A DNA stretch of 63,864 bases, the filler included, from an uncultured Ignavibacteriales bacterium (GTDB lineage: Bacteria; Zixibacteria; MSB-5A5; GN15; JAAZOE01): NCBI GenBank assembly GCA_964611355.1. It is 3 parts of 3 records of this genome, joined end to end, with 100 filler letters (N's around TTAATTAATTAA, not from the genome) between each part and the next. Parts side by side here need not be neighbours in the genome. Positions count along the whole stretch, not along the records: positions 1 to 22,406 come from CAZSYD010000038.1; 2 more parts are not named here. One strand, given 5' to 3'. The notes below the pieces were generated by a model. It saw only the letters and a list, made by a program, of their open reading frames with translations, was not told the origin of the DNA and made no database searches. The translations under genes and the position numbers were made by a program. Of the stretch, positions 1 through 10,153 are shown piece after piece (position 1 is the first letter of the stretch; the number at the start of each line of letters is the position of its first letter).

Positions 1-735
1 CGACGGCCTGACACAGCCCAGACAAACGCCAACGCCGCACGGCATCGGCGCTTCGAGGGAAACTTCCCCTGAAAACCCGGTTTTAAGAGTTAAATCCTGC
101 AGAGCCGCCAGCATCGGTTCCGGCCCGCAGCCGCAGATAAAAGTATTCCTTTTGCCCAGACTTTCCAGCCGTTGCGCCACGGCGTCGGTAACAAATCCTT
201 TGAATCCGTATGACCCATCGTCAGTACAGGGGTTGAAATCAATTCCGAGCCTGCGGAGGCGTCCCATTTCTATAAGATCATCTTTCGTGCTCCCGCCGTA
301 GAAGAATAAAATCCTTCCCGGATCATGACCCCGGTCGGTCAAATGTCGGGCCAGAAAATAAAGCGGGGGCAAGCCGATACCGCCCGCGATTATTACTACC
401 GTCTGTTTTTTGGATAACGGCCTAAACCGATTACCCAAAGGGCCTATCAAGTCCAGGGTATCGTCTTTCGTCTTTTGCGTCAGGCAAGCGGTTCCTCTGC
501 CAACAACCTTATATATAATTTCCAGATTGCCGGCTTTTTCATTAAAGTCGGCAACGGAAAAGGCCCGACGAAGGAAGGGATCGTTGCCGTTCGCCGTCCT
601 TACATGAACAAATTGGCCCGGGTAAATACGGCGCGGCGTCCGGAAACCGCCGACGGTCAGACTGTAATACAGACCGGCTTTATCGAGTTTTCTGTTCCGA
701 ATAACCCGGCATCGCTGAGGAACGATTTTTCTCAT
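1..735 (-). CDS. pyrK: Dihydroorotate dehydrogenase electron transfer subunit (3' end runs off the window)
   Basis: Not in the ORF track; manual translation from ATG 735 gives MRKIVPQRC..PGQFV..LRRAFSV..GPLGN..AGGIGLPPL..CGPEPML..SLEAPMPCGVGVCLGC; ATGA overlap with the upstream stop. Confidence 0.9.
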   Translation of the reverse strand, partial: MRKIVPQRCRVIRNRKLDKAGLYYSLTVGGFRTPRRIYPGQFVHVRTANGNDPFLRRAFSVADFNEKAGNLEIIYKVVGRGTACLTQKTKDDTLDLIGPLGNRFRPLSKKQTVVIIAGGIGLPPLYFLARHLTDRGHDPGRILFFYGGSTKDDLIEMGRLRRLGIDFNPCTDDGSYGFKGFVTDAVAQRLESLGKRNTFICGCGPEPMLAALQDLTLKTGFSGEVSLEAPMPCGVGVCLGCVRPS

Positions 736-3503
736 TGCCTGTACTCTCTGGGCATGATCACTTCTTTGGTATAGTAGAACCAGGTGTCGTACCATTCCGG
801 CGGGATTCGACCCACGTCGAACCGGGTGTTTTCAATGGTTCTGATTATCCGGTCATTCAACTCGTCCGAGACGGTCGGATTCATCAGCTTGACCTCGGCC
901 ACCTCGCCGGAAAAATCAATCCGTATCTTGAAATAGAGTTTATCCTGGATATTATAAGCGACCGCCTCAATCGGGTATTGAAAGGCCACATCCTCCCTGA
1001 GGTAATATTCATTGGCTGGAGGCAGTTGATTGCCTTCCTCGTCGGTGATGAACCTCGACTCCGCACTTGTCTGCTCCGAGGTTGAATAGGCATTGGCTAT
1101 TTCTTCCGGCTCCTCATCGTTAAACAGGGAGTCTTCCGGTTCTTTCTCCTGTTCTCTTTCCTGCGTTTTGCTTTTTAGAATATTAAGCGGGTGAATGTTG
1201 TACTCCTCGGCTATGGCGTCGGCGTACTCGGTTTCCGGAAAAGAATCGACAAAAGCACCGTAAAGATCAATCAGCGACGAATCGCCCGGTGCGAGGTAGT
1301 TGTCGTAAATATACAGAAGCACGTATCGAGCCTGGATGCTGTAGTCGGACATCGGGAAACTGTCAATTATATACTGGTAGTAATAATAAGCCGAATCGAG
1401 CAGTTGCATCTGCTGCCGGTTATACTTTTCTCCGGCAAGAGCAAAGGCTTCCTTCCAATAATCGACTGCCGGTAACGAATCGACCGCCGGTTCCGCCACC
1501 GCCCAGGTCGAATCGAAGGTCAGGCTGGAATCGAGCGTCAGGACGGAATCCATTACCAGCGCCGAATCAATCGAAAACGTGGAATCGGTTGTAAGGATGG
1601 AATCTGTTATCAGAATGGAATCAGCCTGCCTGAGCGAATCATCCACCGTTGCGGAATCTATCGTCCAGATGGAATCAGGCGACCATATCGAATCGACCGC
1701 CCATACGGAATCGATCTTCAGCGCGGAATCCGGCGTCCAGATGGAGTCAACCGCCCAGACAGAGTCCACGGTCAGGACCGAATCGATAACCTGTGTAGTA
1801 TCAGCCATAAGAGTGGAATCGACCACCATAGCTGAATCTGCCATCTGAGTGGAATCCGTAATCGGTATGGAATCGACAGGCATTATTGAATCGTCGATCT
1901 CGGTGGAATCCGGCGTCAATGTCGAATCGGCGGCTCGCACCGAGTCGGCTACGCGGATGGAATCGGCCATGCGCATCGAGTCGGCCAGGATCGAATCAGC
2001 CAGGATTTGAAAATAATATCGGGTGGAATCCAGTTCTTGGAACTCTTCGAAAAAGCGTTCCGCCCTGAAGAACGTCGGGGCGGCATATCCGGTATCGGCG
2101 AGGGTTCCGGCCAGCCCGAGAAGGTTCACGACCGATTGGGCATCGTCGAAACGGGGATAATCGGACAACACGCGGCGCAGGAGGCTGTCGGCCGCAGCGG
2201 TATCGCTAAAATCGTTGCGATATATATAGGCCATCGACATAAGCGCGCGCGGCGCATATCGCGATTCCGGGTATCTATCCAGCAGGGTTTGAAAAACCTC
2301 CAGCGCCGAATCAGGCTTTTCCAGATCGAAGCAAAACAGCTCGCCCAGAAGATACTGACTTTCGCTGATTTGGTCGATTCTGTTCTGATTTACCTGACCG
2401 GCTGAATCAGCCGTCAGGGTATCCTCTCTTCCCATGCTGTATTGCTCCATAAGCGACAGCGTGGAAGCTCGCCTTGTGGCATCTTCGTAAATGGGTGAAT
2501 TGCGTTTTTCCTTAAATGCCTTATTATAGTACACTCGAGCTTTAAAAAGGTCTTCCAAATCGTACTGATATACCAGGCCAAGATAATAATTGGCGACCGC
2601 AGCCGAATTTTTGCCGGCGTTTTCAATGACCACCTCTTCATAGGTATAAATGGCGGCATCCAGATCACCGTCCCGTTCATATCCTTCGGCCATCATCAAT
2701 TTGATAGCCGCCAGTGAGTCGTAGTACTGCTCGTTTTTTGACAGCTTCGTCAATTTATCCAGGCCGGCCGAGATGTTATTAAGAAAATAGTCGCACTCTG
2801 CCATCCGAAACATGATCCGGTAGTATTCCAACGTATCGGGATCATGCTTAAGCGCCACCCTGTAATTTTCGAGAGCGTCACCAAACCGGTACACGTCAAA
2901 AAACCCATCCGCTATAAAGGTATAAGCCTGCAGTCTATCGGATCCCCCTCCGAGGGAATCGATCAGAGACCTAAAATAAAGGTTGGCTTTTTCATACTCT
3001 TTGGCGTTGAAGAAATACTGCCCCAGCGAACGGGCCGCATTGGCTTTCATTTCCTTATTGGTCTCTTTTTCAAAAATCTCTTCAAAAATAACCACCGCTT
3101 CGGCTTCTTCCTTAAGCTGCAATTTCGCCTTGGCAAACATAAGCCGTGAGCGGGGGATATATTCGGATTCGGGGTAGTTGGCAAACAGCTCTTTGAACTT
3201 GCGCGCGGATTTGTCAAATTCTTCGAGATAATAATAAGAAGTGCCGATTATATACAGCGCATCGTCAACATAGCTTGAATTGGGATGCCGCTCCAGTACC
3301 CCGGAAGCCTTGGTAACGGCCGTGTTATATTGTTTGATTTCCGCGCCTCTGGCTTTTTCGCGCTTGTCCTTATTGCGCGTTTTTTCAGCGGCATTGAAAT
3401 TTTTGCGGATATTATGGAAGGTGTTGAAATAAATACAAGTGCAGGAACTGAAGGTTAAAACCAAAAAGATAATAATAAATACCGGAATCGATTTCTTAGG
3501 CAC
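732..3503 (-). CDS. TPR-rich exported lipoprotein (BamD/SprE-like) with D-S-x hexapeptide repeat insert and TonB-C-like C-terminus
   Basis: Signal peptide followed by Cys; many TPR motifs (DDALYIIG, YPESRYAPRAL); C-terminal YPIEA..KIRIDFSGEVAEVK. Confidence 0.75.
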   Translation of the reverse strand: MPKKSIPVFIIIFLVLTFSSCTCIYFNTFHNIRKNFNAAEKTRNKDKREKARGAEIKQYNTAVTKASGVLERHPNSSYVDDALYIIGTSYYYLEEFDKSARKFKELFANYPESEYIPRSRLMFAKAKLQLKEEAEAVVIFEEIFEKETNKEMKANAARSLGQYFFNAKEYEKANLYFRSLIDSLGGGSDRLQAYTFIADGFFDVYRFGDALENYRVALKHDPDTLEYYRIMFRMAECDYFLNNISAGLDKLTKLSKNEQYYDSLAAIKLMMAEGYERDGDLDAAIYTYEEVVIENAGKNSAAVANYYLGLVYQYDLEDLFKARVYYNKAFKEKRNSPIYEDATRRASTLSLMEQYSMGREDTLTADSAGQVNQNRIDQISESQYLLGELFCFDLEKPDSALEVFQTLLDRYPESRYAPRALMSMAYIYRNDFSDTAAADSLLRRVLSDYPRFDDAQSVVNLLGLAGTLADTGYAAPTFFRAERFFEEFQELDSTRYYFQILADSILADSMRMADSIRVADSVRAADSTLTPDSTEIDDSIMPVDSIPITDSTQMADSAMVVDSTLMADTTQVIDSVLTVDSVWAVDSIWTPDSALKIDSVWAVDSIWSPDSIWTIDSATVDDSLRQADSILITDSILTTDSTFSIDSALVMDSVLTLDSSLTFDSTWAVAEPAVDSLPAVDYWKEAFALAGEKYNRQQMQLLDSAYYYYQYIIDSFPMSDYSIQARYVLLYIYDNYLAPGDSSLIDLYGAFVDSFPETEYADAIAEEYNIHPLNILKSKTQEREQEKEPEDSLFNDEEPEEIANAYSTSEQTSAESRFITDEEGNQLPPANEYYLREDVAFQYPIEAVAYNIQDKLYFKIRIDFSGEVAEVKLMNPTVSDELNDRIIRTIENTRFDVGRIPPEWYDTWFYYTKEVIMPREYRQ
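1473..1997 (-). repeat. Coding repeat: 29 D-[ST]-x units, mostly at 6-aa period
   Basis: DSMRMA DSIRVA DSVRAA DSTLTP ... DSTWAV read from the translation. Confidence 0.95.
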
Positions 3504-4455
3504 TGCCGGGACCTATCTTCTGGATATAGCCGTTTTTCAACCCTGCATTATAGAACATCTTAACAACCTTGTCAAACTCCGATGGCGTGATCGGCCGGCC
3601 AAGTTCGCTGTGTCCGACGGCGCGGTATGCGGGGAAATACTGGCTCATCAGGCTAACGTAAATATCCTTGGAAATCTCTTCGGCCAGAAATCCAAATATT
3701 TCAGCCGAACCCGAAAAACCGCCCGGCAGCACCAGGTGACGAATAATGACGCCCCGGCGCGCGGTTCCGTCCGGCTCCAAAACGAGGTTGCCGACCTGTT
3801 CAAGCATTTCCTTTACGGCCGCTCGGTTTATTTCTTTATACTTCTCCGCCCCGGAACAGTTGCGCGCGATATCATTATCGGAGTATCGCATATCGACCAG
3901 ATAAATATCGAATATACCCCGAAGAAGCCGAAGCGTTTCCAGCTTCTGCCAGCCGGAACAATTGCAAACGATCGGAATATCCAGACCCTGCTCGACAGCC
4001 AGCCCGATCGCCCTGACGATAGGACCAAAAAAATGATCGGGAGTTACAAGGTTGATATTATGAGCCCGACGGCGTTGAAGAGTCATCATCTGACCGGCCA
4101 ACTCCTCAATAGATATTTCCGATCCAACTAAGTGCTGGCTGATCGGGTAATTCTGACAATAACAACAATTAAGCGAGCAACCGGAAAAAAATATCGTTCC
4201 CGAACCGCGACACCCGGAAATTGGCGGCTCCTCGCCGAAATGAAGGTTGACGCTGGCAACTCTCGGTTTGTCCGAGACGCCGCACCGGCCGGTCTGGCCG
4301 GCGGTACGGTTAACGCCGCATTCGTGCGGGCAAAAGCGGCAGGCGGTCAGTTGATCCATAAGCTGATCGCCGATTTCCATTATCCGGACCGGGTCCTTGA
4401 CAGCCATTTGCACTCTTCCGTTTTCCGAAGCCGGTTTTCCTTTCGGCAAATTCAT
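3496..4455 (-). CDS. Radical SAM protein, PflX-like (start uncertain)
   Basis: CRFCPHECGVNR, HFGEEPPISG, CSLNCCYCQN (CxxxCxxC), RHLVLP. Confidence 0.85.
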   Translation of the reverse strand: MNLPKGKPASENGRVQMAVKDPVRIMEIGDQLMDQLTACRFCPHECGVNRTAGQTGRCGVSDKPRVASVNLHFGEEPPISGCRGSGTIFFSGCSLNCCYCQNYPISQHLVGSEISIEELAGQMMTLQRRRAHNINLVTPDHFFGPIVRAIGLAVEQGLDIPIVCNCSGWQKLETLRLLRGIFDIYLVDMRYSDNDIARNCSGAEKYKEINRAAVKEMLEQVGNLVLEPDGTARRGVIIRHLVLPGGFSGSAEIFGFLAEEISKDIYVSLMSQYFPAYRAVGHSELGRPITPSEFDKVVKMFYNAGLKNGYIQKIGPGSA

Positions 4456-4496
4456 TCCCTTATCTATGCGCCTGAGAGTTCGAGGAGGTTAAACTT

Positions 4497-5246
4497 TCAG
4501 TTCGTCTCCGAGTCTGCGTATTTTTCGAGAATACGTGGGAGAACCTCGCCTGACTTTCCCTGAAGAAAAAGATCGACCGTGGGCGTCAAACCGGTCGGCT
4601 CGACGTTCACCTCAACTACAAATGCGCCGCCTCGGGAAGCGATCAAAGGAAGCGAAGCGGCCGGCTGCACTATCGCGGAAGTTCCCACGGCGAAGAAAAC
4701 CTGGGCTTCTTCAGCCGCCCGGAAAGCCCTCCGGAGGATGTCCTGAGGCAGCATTTCACCGAACCATACCACGTCCGGTCTGATCATCCCGCCGCATTCG
4801 CAGAGAGGCAGCCCCTCGTCAAGATTTATCTCCTTCTCAAACGGATGGCCGCATTTCAAGCATTTATTGCGGGAAATATTGCCGTGCAATTCGAGGATAG
4901 CGGTGGAACCGGCACGGGCATGAAGCCCGTCAACATTCTGAGTTATGAGTATCATTTCCGGGTAATGCTTTTCAAATTCGGCGATGGCCCGGTGCCCCCG
5001 GTTCGGCTCTACCTTGCTCATTAGTTCGCGGCGATACTGGTACCATTCCCAGACAAGTCGAGGATTTTTCATAAACCCATCAACCGACGCCAGTTCTTCA
5101 GGCCTCATTTTGGACCATATCCCGCCCGCGCCGCGGAAGGTCGGCACGCCCGATTCCGCGGAAACACCCGCGCCTGTGGAAAAGACTATCCTTTGCGACC
5201 GGCGCAGGCGTTCGACTATAATATCGGGAATATCATACATATACAA
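4497..5246 (-). CDS. cobB: NAD-dependent protein deacylase (sirtuin)
   Basis: TGAGVSAESGVPTFRG, TQNVDGLH, RPDVVWFGE, GTSAIVQPAA. Confidence 0.93.
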   Translation of the reverse strand: MYMYDIPDIIVERLRRSQRIVFSTGAGVSAESGVPTFRGAGGIWSKMRPEELASVDGFMKNPRLVWEWYQYRRELMSKVEPNRGHRAIAEFEKHYPEMILITQNVDGLHARAGSTAILELHGNISRNKCLKCGHPFEKEINLDEGLPLCECGGMIRPDVVWFGEMLPQDILRRAFRAAEEAQVFFAVGTSAIVQPAASLPLIASRGGAFVVEVNVEPTGLTPTVDLFLQGKSGEVLPRILEKYADSETN

Positions 5247-5318
5247 AAGATACGAAAAAACGATACGCCGTCAAGCGGGATACATGCGCAAGTAAATTCG
5301 GATGTGAATCCGGATGAT

Positions 5319-5349
5319 AAAAAACGGGGAAGCCTTTCGGTTCCCCCGT
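5319..5349 (-). terminator. Intrinsic terminator after the carboxypeptidase gene
   Basis: cggggaagcc-tttc-ggttcccccg hairpin preceded by an A-run on the + strand. Confidence 0.7.
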
Positions 5350-5372
5350 GTTATTTCAATCCCCGTCGGGTA

Positions 5373-8231
5373 CTACTTTTCCGGGCCCTCTCTTGGAGGC
5401 GGCGCACCGGGACAGAAGACGAAATTATTAATATAGACCGCATCGCCGAGATTGACCAAACCGTCGCCGTTGGCGTCGCCTTCGGCCATACAGGACGGCG
5501 GCGGTGAACCGGCATGGAAGACGAAATTATTAACATATACCGCATCGCCGAGATTGACGGCGCCGTCATTGTTGGCGTCACCGGCCAGATCGAGACAGTG
5601 ACGCCTGATCTCAGGCTGAGCCTTGACCCATTCGTTGGCGGCCTCAACCAGCGCCAGGTAATTCGACAAACCGGTTTTGGTGGTAACCAGGATATAAGTA
5701 TAAGTATATTCCACGCCGGGCGGCAGGTCATACTCGCCGAAAGTAACCAGGGTGGAAAGATTGGGGAAATCGTAAGGATCGCCCGGCTGGTAAGGATTGA
5801 AGCCTTCGTTTTCTTTCATTATCCTGTACATCGCCCCGGGCGGAAGAGGCGCCTGACTTCCGTAGGGGCCATTGGTGTCCACATAAACCGCGTTATTAAA
5901 AGTCTGAGCATTCTTAAAAAGCGTGCGCGGGTCGCAGGCAATACCGCCGAAGCGGTCATCGGAGTACTGGCCGCAGTCGCCCATCAGCGAATCATAAAGT
6001 TCGGCTCCGAATTGGTAAATAGTGGCAAGGTAAGTGGTGTCATCGTTCGGCTGGTGAATCGTGGTCACTATGGTATCGATATGGCAACCGGAACCGTTTT
6101 CGGCTCCGGAGTCGGAAGGGATGTTCCAGTCAAGAAACTCGCCGATCAGCGCCCCAAAGAGAGTATCGCCGGTTAGGTTCCTAAAAGTTTGCGTTACGAC
6201 GACGAAATCGCAGGCTTCTTCATTTTTCGGGACAAAATACTCGGATGACAACGAAACGGCGTCGTCAGCCGTGCGATACTCGGCCCTGGCATAGGTGAAA
6301 TTTGGGTAAGTTGTCGAATCAACCTGCAGATTGCTTTGCGGACGGAAAGCGTCCTCGGCGGCGAGCATTTTTGAATACATGGTAAACCTGAGCGTATCGC
6401 CGCCGTCGCCAAGGCGGCAGATAATCGGCGAAGCCTCGTAAAGGTAGATCTCCGGATTGGTACAGACGTTAAAGGTATCGCAATCATCGATATAATCGAG
6501 CGAGGCGTTGGCGGCGTTTTTACTCAGACCGCCGTTATTGTAAATCCGGAAACGTTTACATACTGTGGCCAGATCGGCCGATTGCGGGCGCATAAGATCG
6601 GAAGCCACTTCCAGGCAGACAGGGATATCATTGGGGCTGCCCAAACCGTCGTGATGAATCCTGATGGTGGCCCGCCACAGGGACGGGTCCGGAGCGCCCG
6701 CCGGCGCATTAACGATTACCTGCAGGTCGATGGTATTTTTTTCGCCGTACGGAATGACACCGGCGGGAGGGATTATCGAAATCCAACCTGCGCCGTCGTT
6801 ATATGCAACCGAGGTGTAGAAATTGTTATCAAAGGAATAATAACCGTTGTTTGATAAAGTAATAACAAGACTGGTATCTTCCTGCGGGGCTACGATCAAT
6901 GGTTCATCCGAATAGCAGGCGCCGAAGCCATTGCCGGCGTTGTCGGCATAAAAGGGATTATCGGCGACCCTGGCATAAAACAGATTGGGTTCCAGGTTTT
7001 CGTGGATGAGAGCCTGTATCCGATTACCCGGCGGCCAGAAGCCGTCCATGTAATCGCCGACTTCCATAGTGAAGGCAAAAGTCTTGTTTTTCGCGGTTTG
7101 TTCGCCGTAAATCCAGTCGTCGCTGTCGCCGTTAGTGAGATACAACATCCAGCCCGGACAGGGCCAGTAACCATTCATGTACAAAAGACTGTCACCCATG
7201 GCGGCGAAAATATCCTCATCAGGTGTATATATCTCCGCATATCCCCAGGGCCATAGAATCAGGTTGGAATAGGAGTGATAATAAACAGAAACGACAAATT
7301 CACGGCTCTCGGCAAAATCACGCATAGTCTGCGTTTCCGGCTCGGAAAACGGCCCGGTGCCCCGATATGTCTGGTCATCGGTATCGGGAGACGAACCGGT
7401 GTTATCATAGCCCCACTTGTATCCGAAGTTGCGGTTGAGATCAACGCCGTAAGTGCCGTCGCCATTGTTGCGACGATTTTTTCGCCACATTCCGCCCCCG
7501 GCCGGACTGATGACCTGGTTCCAAAAATAGCCATCCGGGTTGACCATCGGAACAAACCACAGTTCACGGTTGTCAACCAGCCAGGTAATATCCGGGTCGC
7601 CGCCGTAGTTCGAGGTCAGGTGGTCAATAAAATAAAACAGAACTTCGGGCGTGATGACTTCCCGAGCGTGAATACAGGCGGTATATAATACCTCCGGTTC
7701 TTCTTCATCCACGGTGGGATTGTCGGAAATCTTAAAGGCCCAGATGTCGCGCCCGTCGATCGTTTGACCGATGCTGATCTTCGGCGAGACTATGCTCGGA
7801 GTCGAAGTGACAATGCTGTCGATTTTCTGATTGATCTCCTCCAGGTTCTTGTAATTGCCCATTCCCTTGACCGCCATCCGCGACTGATAAAACTTCACCA
7901 CGTCCGGGTGAATAATCTCGGTCGCAAACCCCACGGCTTGAATCAGGCCCAGTTCATCCCGGTCGGTGATTACTTCGACGAAGTTTTCGTCACACCAGAC
8001 AATATCAAGATGCATCGCCTGTAACTGCCGGATTTCATCACGGGAATCAAAATATACGCGCACCTGCATATTAGGCGTGTCTTCCGCGGCGCAATAAGCA
8101 GGGGCAAATAAAAACATAATCAGGAACAGAGCCAAAAACCCGGCTGATCTTGTTAATAATCTCCGTGACCGGGAAAAGACGGATGATATAACCAGGGTAA
8201 GGTATAATCGAAGCTCGGACTTTGCTGACAT
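5373..8231 (-). CDS. Secreted M14 zinc carboxypeptidase (CpT-like) with C-terminal dockerin
   Basis: HARE, NPDG, WRKNRR, GVDLNRNF, HSY motifs; two [16 protein letters not shown] repeats. Confidence 0.9.
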   Translation of the reverse strand: MSAKSELRLYLTLVISSVFSRSRRLLTRSAGFLALFLIMFLFAPAYCAAEDTPNMQVRVYFDSRDEIRQLQAMHLDIVWCDENFVEVITDRDELGLIQAVGFATEIIHPDVVKFYQSRMAVKGMGNYKNLEEINQKIDSIVTSTPSIVSPKISIGQTIDGRDIWAFKISDNPTVDEEEPEVLYTACIHAREVITPEVLFYFIDHLTSNYGGDPDITWLVDNRELWFVPMVNPDGYFWNQVISPAGGGMWRKNRRNNGDGTYGVDLNRNFGYKWGYDNTGSSPDTDDQTYRGTGPFSEPETQTMRDFAESREFVVSVYYHSYSNLILWPWGYAEIYTPDEDIFAAMGDSLLYMNGYWPCPGWMLYLTNGDSDDWIYGEQTAKNKTFAFTMEVGDYMDGFWPPGNRIQALIHENLEPNLFYARVADNPFYADNAGNGFGACYSDEPLIVAPQEDTSLVITLSNNGYYSFDNNFYTSVAYNDGAGWISIIPPAGVIPYGEKNTIDLQVIVNAPAGAPDPSLWRATIRIHHDGLGSPNDIPVCLEVASDLMRPQSADLATVCKRFRIYNNGGLSKNAANASLDYIDDCDTFNVCTNPEIYLYEASPIICRLGDGGDTLRFTMYSKMLAAEDAFRPQSNLQVDSTTYPNFTYARAEYRTADDAVSLSSEYFVPKNEEACDFVVVTQTFRNLTGDTLFGALIGEFLDWNIPSDSGAENGSGCHIDTIVTTIHQPNDDTTYLATIYQFGAELYDSLMGDCGQYSDDRFGGIACDPRTLFKNAQTFNNAVYVDTNGPYGSQAPLPPGAMYRIMKENEGFNPYQPGDPYDFPNLSTLVTFGEYDLPPGVEYTYTYILVTTKTGLSNYLALVEAANEWVKAQPEIRRHCLDLAGDANNDGAVNLGDAVYVNNFVFHAGSPPPSCMAEGDANGDGLVNLGDAVYINNFVFCPGAPPPREGPEK

Positions 8232-8392
8232 GAATACCTCCGATGACGATATAAGTCTGACGGCGCAGTACCTGCTGGACTAACGGTTGTAATAGACACG
8301 CGGACTTTGGGTTAATATACGTAAAATCGAAAATTTGGCAACTGATTAATCCGACTTTGTATGCCATTGGCTTATTATGGGTTAATACAGGC

Positions 8393-8498
8393 CAAATAGG
8401 TTTTTTCATTTTTTTTGCTCTGCCGGAACAAAAAAAGCTTGACAAATAGGTTTTTTCATTTTTTTTGCTCTGCCGGAACAAAAAAAGCTTGACAAATA
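8393..8498. repeat. Perfect 50-bp tandem duplication containing TTGACA
   Basis: caaataggttttttcattttttttgctctgccggaacaaaaaaagcttga occurs twice in tandem. Confidence 0.95.
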
Positions 8499-8525
8499 TT
8501 AATATAATCAGTATTAATTATCATT
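8489..8525 (+). promoter_or_regulatory. Sigma70 promoter with overlapping putative PerR/Fur operator
   Basis: TTGACA at 8489, TATTAA 17 bp downstream; inverted repeat ATTAATA-N7-TATTAAT; directly upstream of the perR-like gene. Confidence 0.55.
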
Positions 8526-8544
8526 AGCACTATTGGAAAAGATT

Positions 8545-8988
8545 ATGAGGACTACCGGAAAAATTCAAAGAAACACAAGGCAACGCCGGGTGATTCTGGA
8601 AGAATTAAAAAAACTCAACTCGCACCCCACGTCGGCTGACCTGTATAAAATCGTACGCCGACGACTGCCCAAAATCAGCCTTGGGACGGTTTACCGCAAT
8701 CTGGAGCTTCTCGCCCGGAATAATATCATTCAGAAGCTGCATATCAGCGGTACGGAAGCGCGATTCGACGGCAACCCGGAGCCGCATAGTCATATTCGCT
8801 GCACTGAGTGTGGGCTGGTTAGTGACCTCTGTAAAATCCCGGCAGATCCAATAGGTAATGCATATAAGGATATTACCGGCTGGAAGATTCTCGGATATCG
8901 ATTGGAATTCATCGGCATTTGTCCTGAGTGCAGGCGGGATCAACTCAAGAAACAGAATCTCAATATTGCCGGGAAGAAACAACATTAA
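8545..8988 (+). CDS. perR: Fur-family regulator, PerR-like
   Basis: HPTSADLY, SLGTVYRNL, HSHIRCTEC, CPEC; first gene of a peroxide-stress operon. Confidence 0.8.
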   Translation: MRTTGKIQRNTRQRRVILEELKKLNSHPTSADLYKIVRRRLPKISLGTVYRNLELLARNNIIQKLHISGTEARFDGNPEPHSHIRCTECGLVSDLCKIPADPIGNAYKDITGWKILGYRLEFIGICPECRRDQLKKQNLNIAGKKQH

Positions 8989-9010
8989 AGAAAATAAGGA
9001 GTACAAACTG

Positions 9011-9209
9011 ATGTCCACAGGAGAAGTTCAAAAGGAGATTGTTTCCAACACAAGGCGCCGGCTGCCCTAAAGGCAGGAAGATGACGGCGCAGGAATACCT
9101 GCTTGATTATCTCCAGATTGATGAGGGGAAGTATAACAAAACCCTCAAAACATTGGCGACAATCAAGAAAAGTATATGCCCTGTGGCTAAATCGATATTG
9201 AAAGGATAA
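9011..9209 (+). pseudogene. Probable internally deleted, frameshifted remnant of a small ferritin-like gene
   Basis: AAGGAG RBS, then MSTGEVQKEIVSNTRR; after a frame change, MTAQEYLLDYLQIDEGKYNKTLKTLATIKKS (9081-9209). Confidence 0.45.
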
Positions 9210-9215
9210 TTAACC

Positions 9216-9737
9216 ATGGCTGAACGGAGTGATCTAATAAAAATGAAAGGCAACCCTCTGACTCTTGTCGGTGATGAAGTCAAGGTTGGCGATACCGCGC
9301 CTGATTTCACGGTTTTTAACGAAAACCTTGAACCTGTCAAACTCTCCTCTTTTAGTGGAAAGACGGTTGTCATTATCTCGGTTCCGTCTATAGATACGCC
9401 CGTTTGCGACATGGAAGCACGACGGTTTAACCGGGAAGCCGGGAATTTGGCCGATGATATCGTGATTCTTACGATTAGTATGGATTTGCCATTCGCCCAG
9501 AAGCGTTGGTGTGCATCTGCCGGAATAGAAAATATTCAATTGCTTTCCGATTATCGCAACGCTTCTTTTGGCAATTCGTTTGGTGTTCTGATCAAGGAGC
9601 TTGGACTTCTGGCCAGAACAATCTTCATTATCGACGGTGAAGGAAAGGTACAGTATGTCCAATATGTCAAAGAGACGACCGATGAGCCTGACTACGATGA
9701 AGTATTAACGGCCGTCAACGAAACATTAAAGAAATAG
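9216..9737 (+). CDS. tpx: Thiol peroxidase (atypical 2-Cys peroxiredoxin)
   Basis: VPSIDTPVC, ISMDLPFAQKRWC. Confidence 0.95.
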   Translation: MAERSDLIKMKGNPLTLVGDEVKVGDTAPDFTVFNENLEPVKLSSFSGKTVVIISVPSIDTPVCDMEARRFNREAGNLADDIVILTISMDLPFAQKRWCASAGIENIQLLSDYRNASFGNSFGVLIKELGLLARTIFIIDGEGKVQYVQYVKETTDEPDYDEVLTAVNETLKK

Positions 9738-9760
9738 GTATTTTCAGGAGGATTTAAGTT

Positions 9761-10135
9761 ATGACTGAAAAATTGCAGATTTACAAATGCCAGGTATGCG
9801 GCAACATCGTTGAAGTAATCCATACCGGCGCCGGAACGCTGGTCTGTTGCGGCCAGCCGATGAATCTACTCAAGGAAAACAGTACCGACGCCGCCACTGA
9901 AAAGCATGTACCGGTGATTGAGAAGACAAACGGCGGCTACAAGGTGACCGTCAGCAGCGTCGCTCACCCGATGGAAGAGAAGCATTATATCGAATGGATT
10001 GAACTGATTGCCGACGGCCGGGCGTACCGCCGGTTCCTGAACCCGGGGGATACGCCGGATGCAACGTTTATGATTACGGCCGATAAGGTTTCGGCCCGTG
10101 AATACTGTAACGTGCATGGTTTATGGAAAGCTTAG
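9761..10135 (+). CDS. dfx: Desulfoferrodoxin (superoxide reductase)
   Basis: [31 protein letters not shown]. Confidence 0.95.
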   Translation: MTEKLQIYKCQVCGNIVEVIHTGAGTLVCCGQPMNLLKENSTDAATEKHVPVIEKTNGGYKVTVSSVAHPMEEKHYIEWIELIADGRAYRRFLNPGDTPDATFMITADKVSAREYCNVHGLWKA

Positions 10136-10153
10136 TTATTAAAGGAGGATGGA

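Noticed and set aside
8393..8498. Possible CRISPR array
   Set aside because: Two abutting copies with no spacer and no cas genes; no array was seen anywhere in the window
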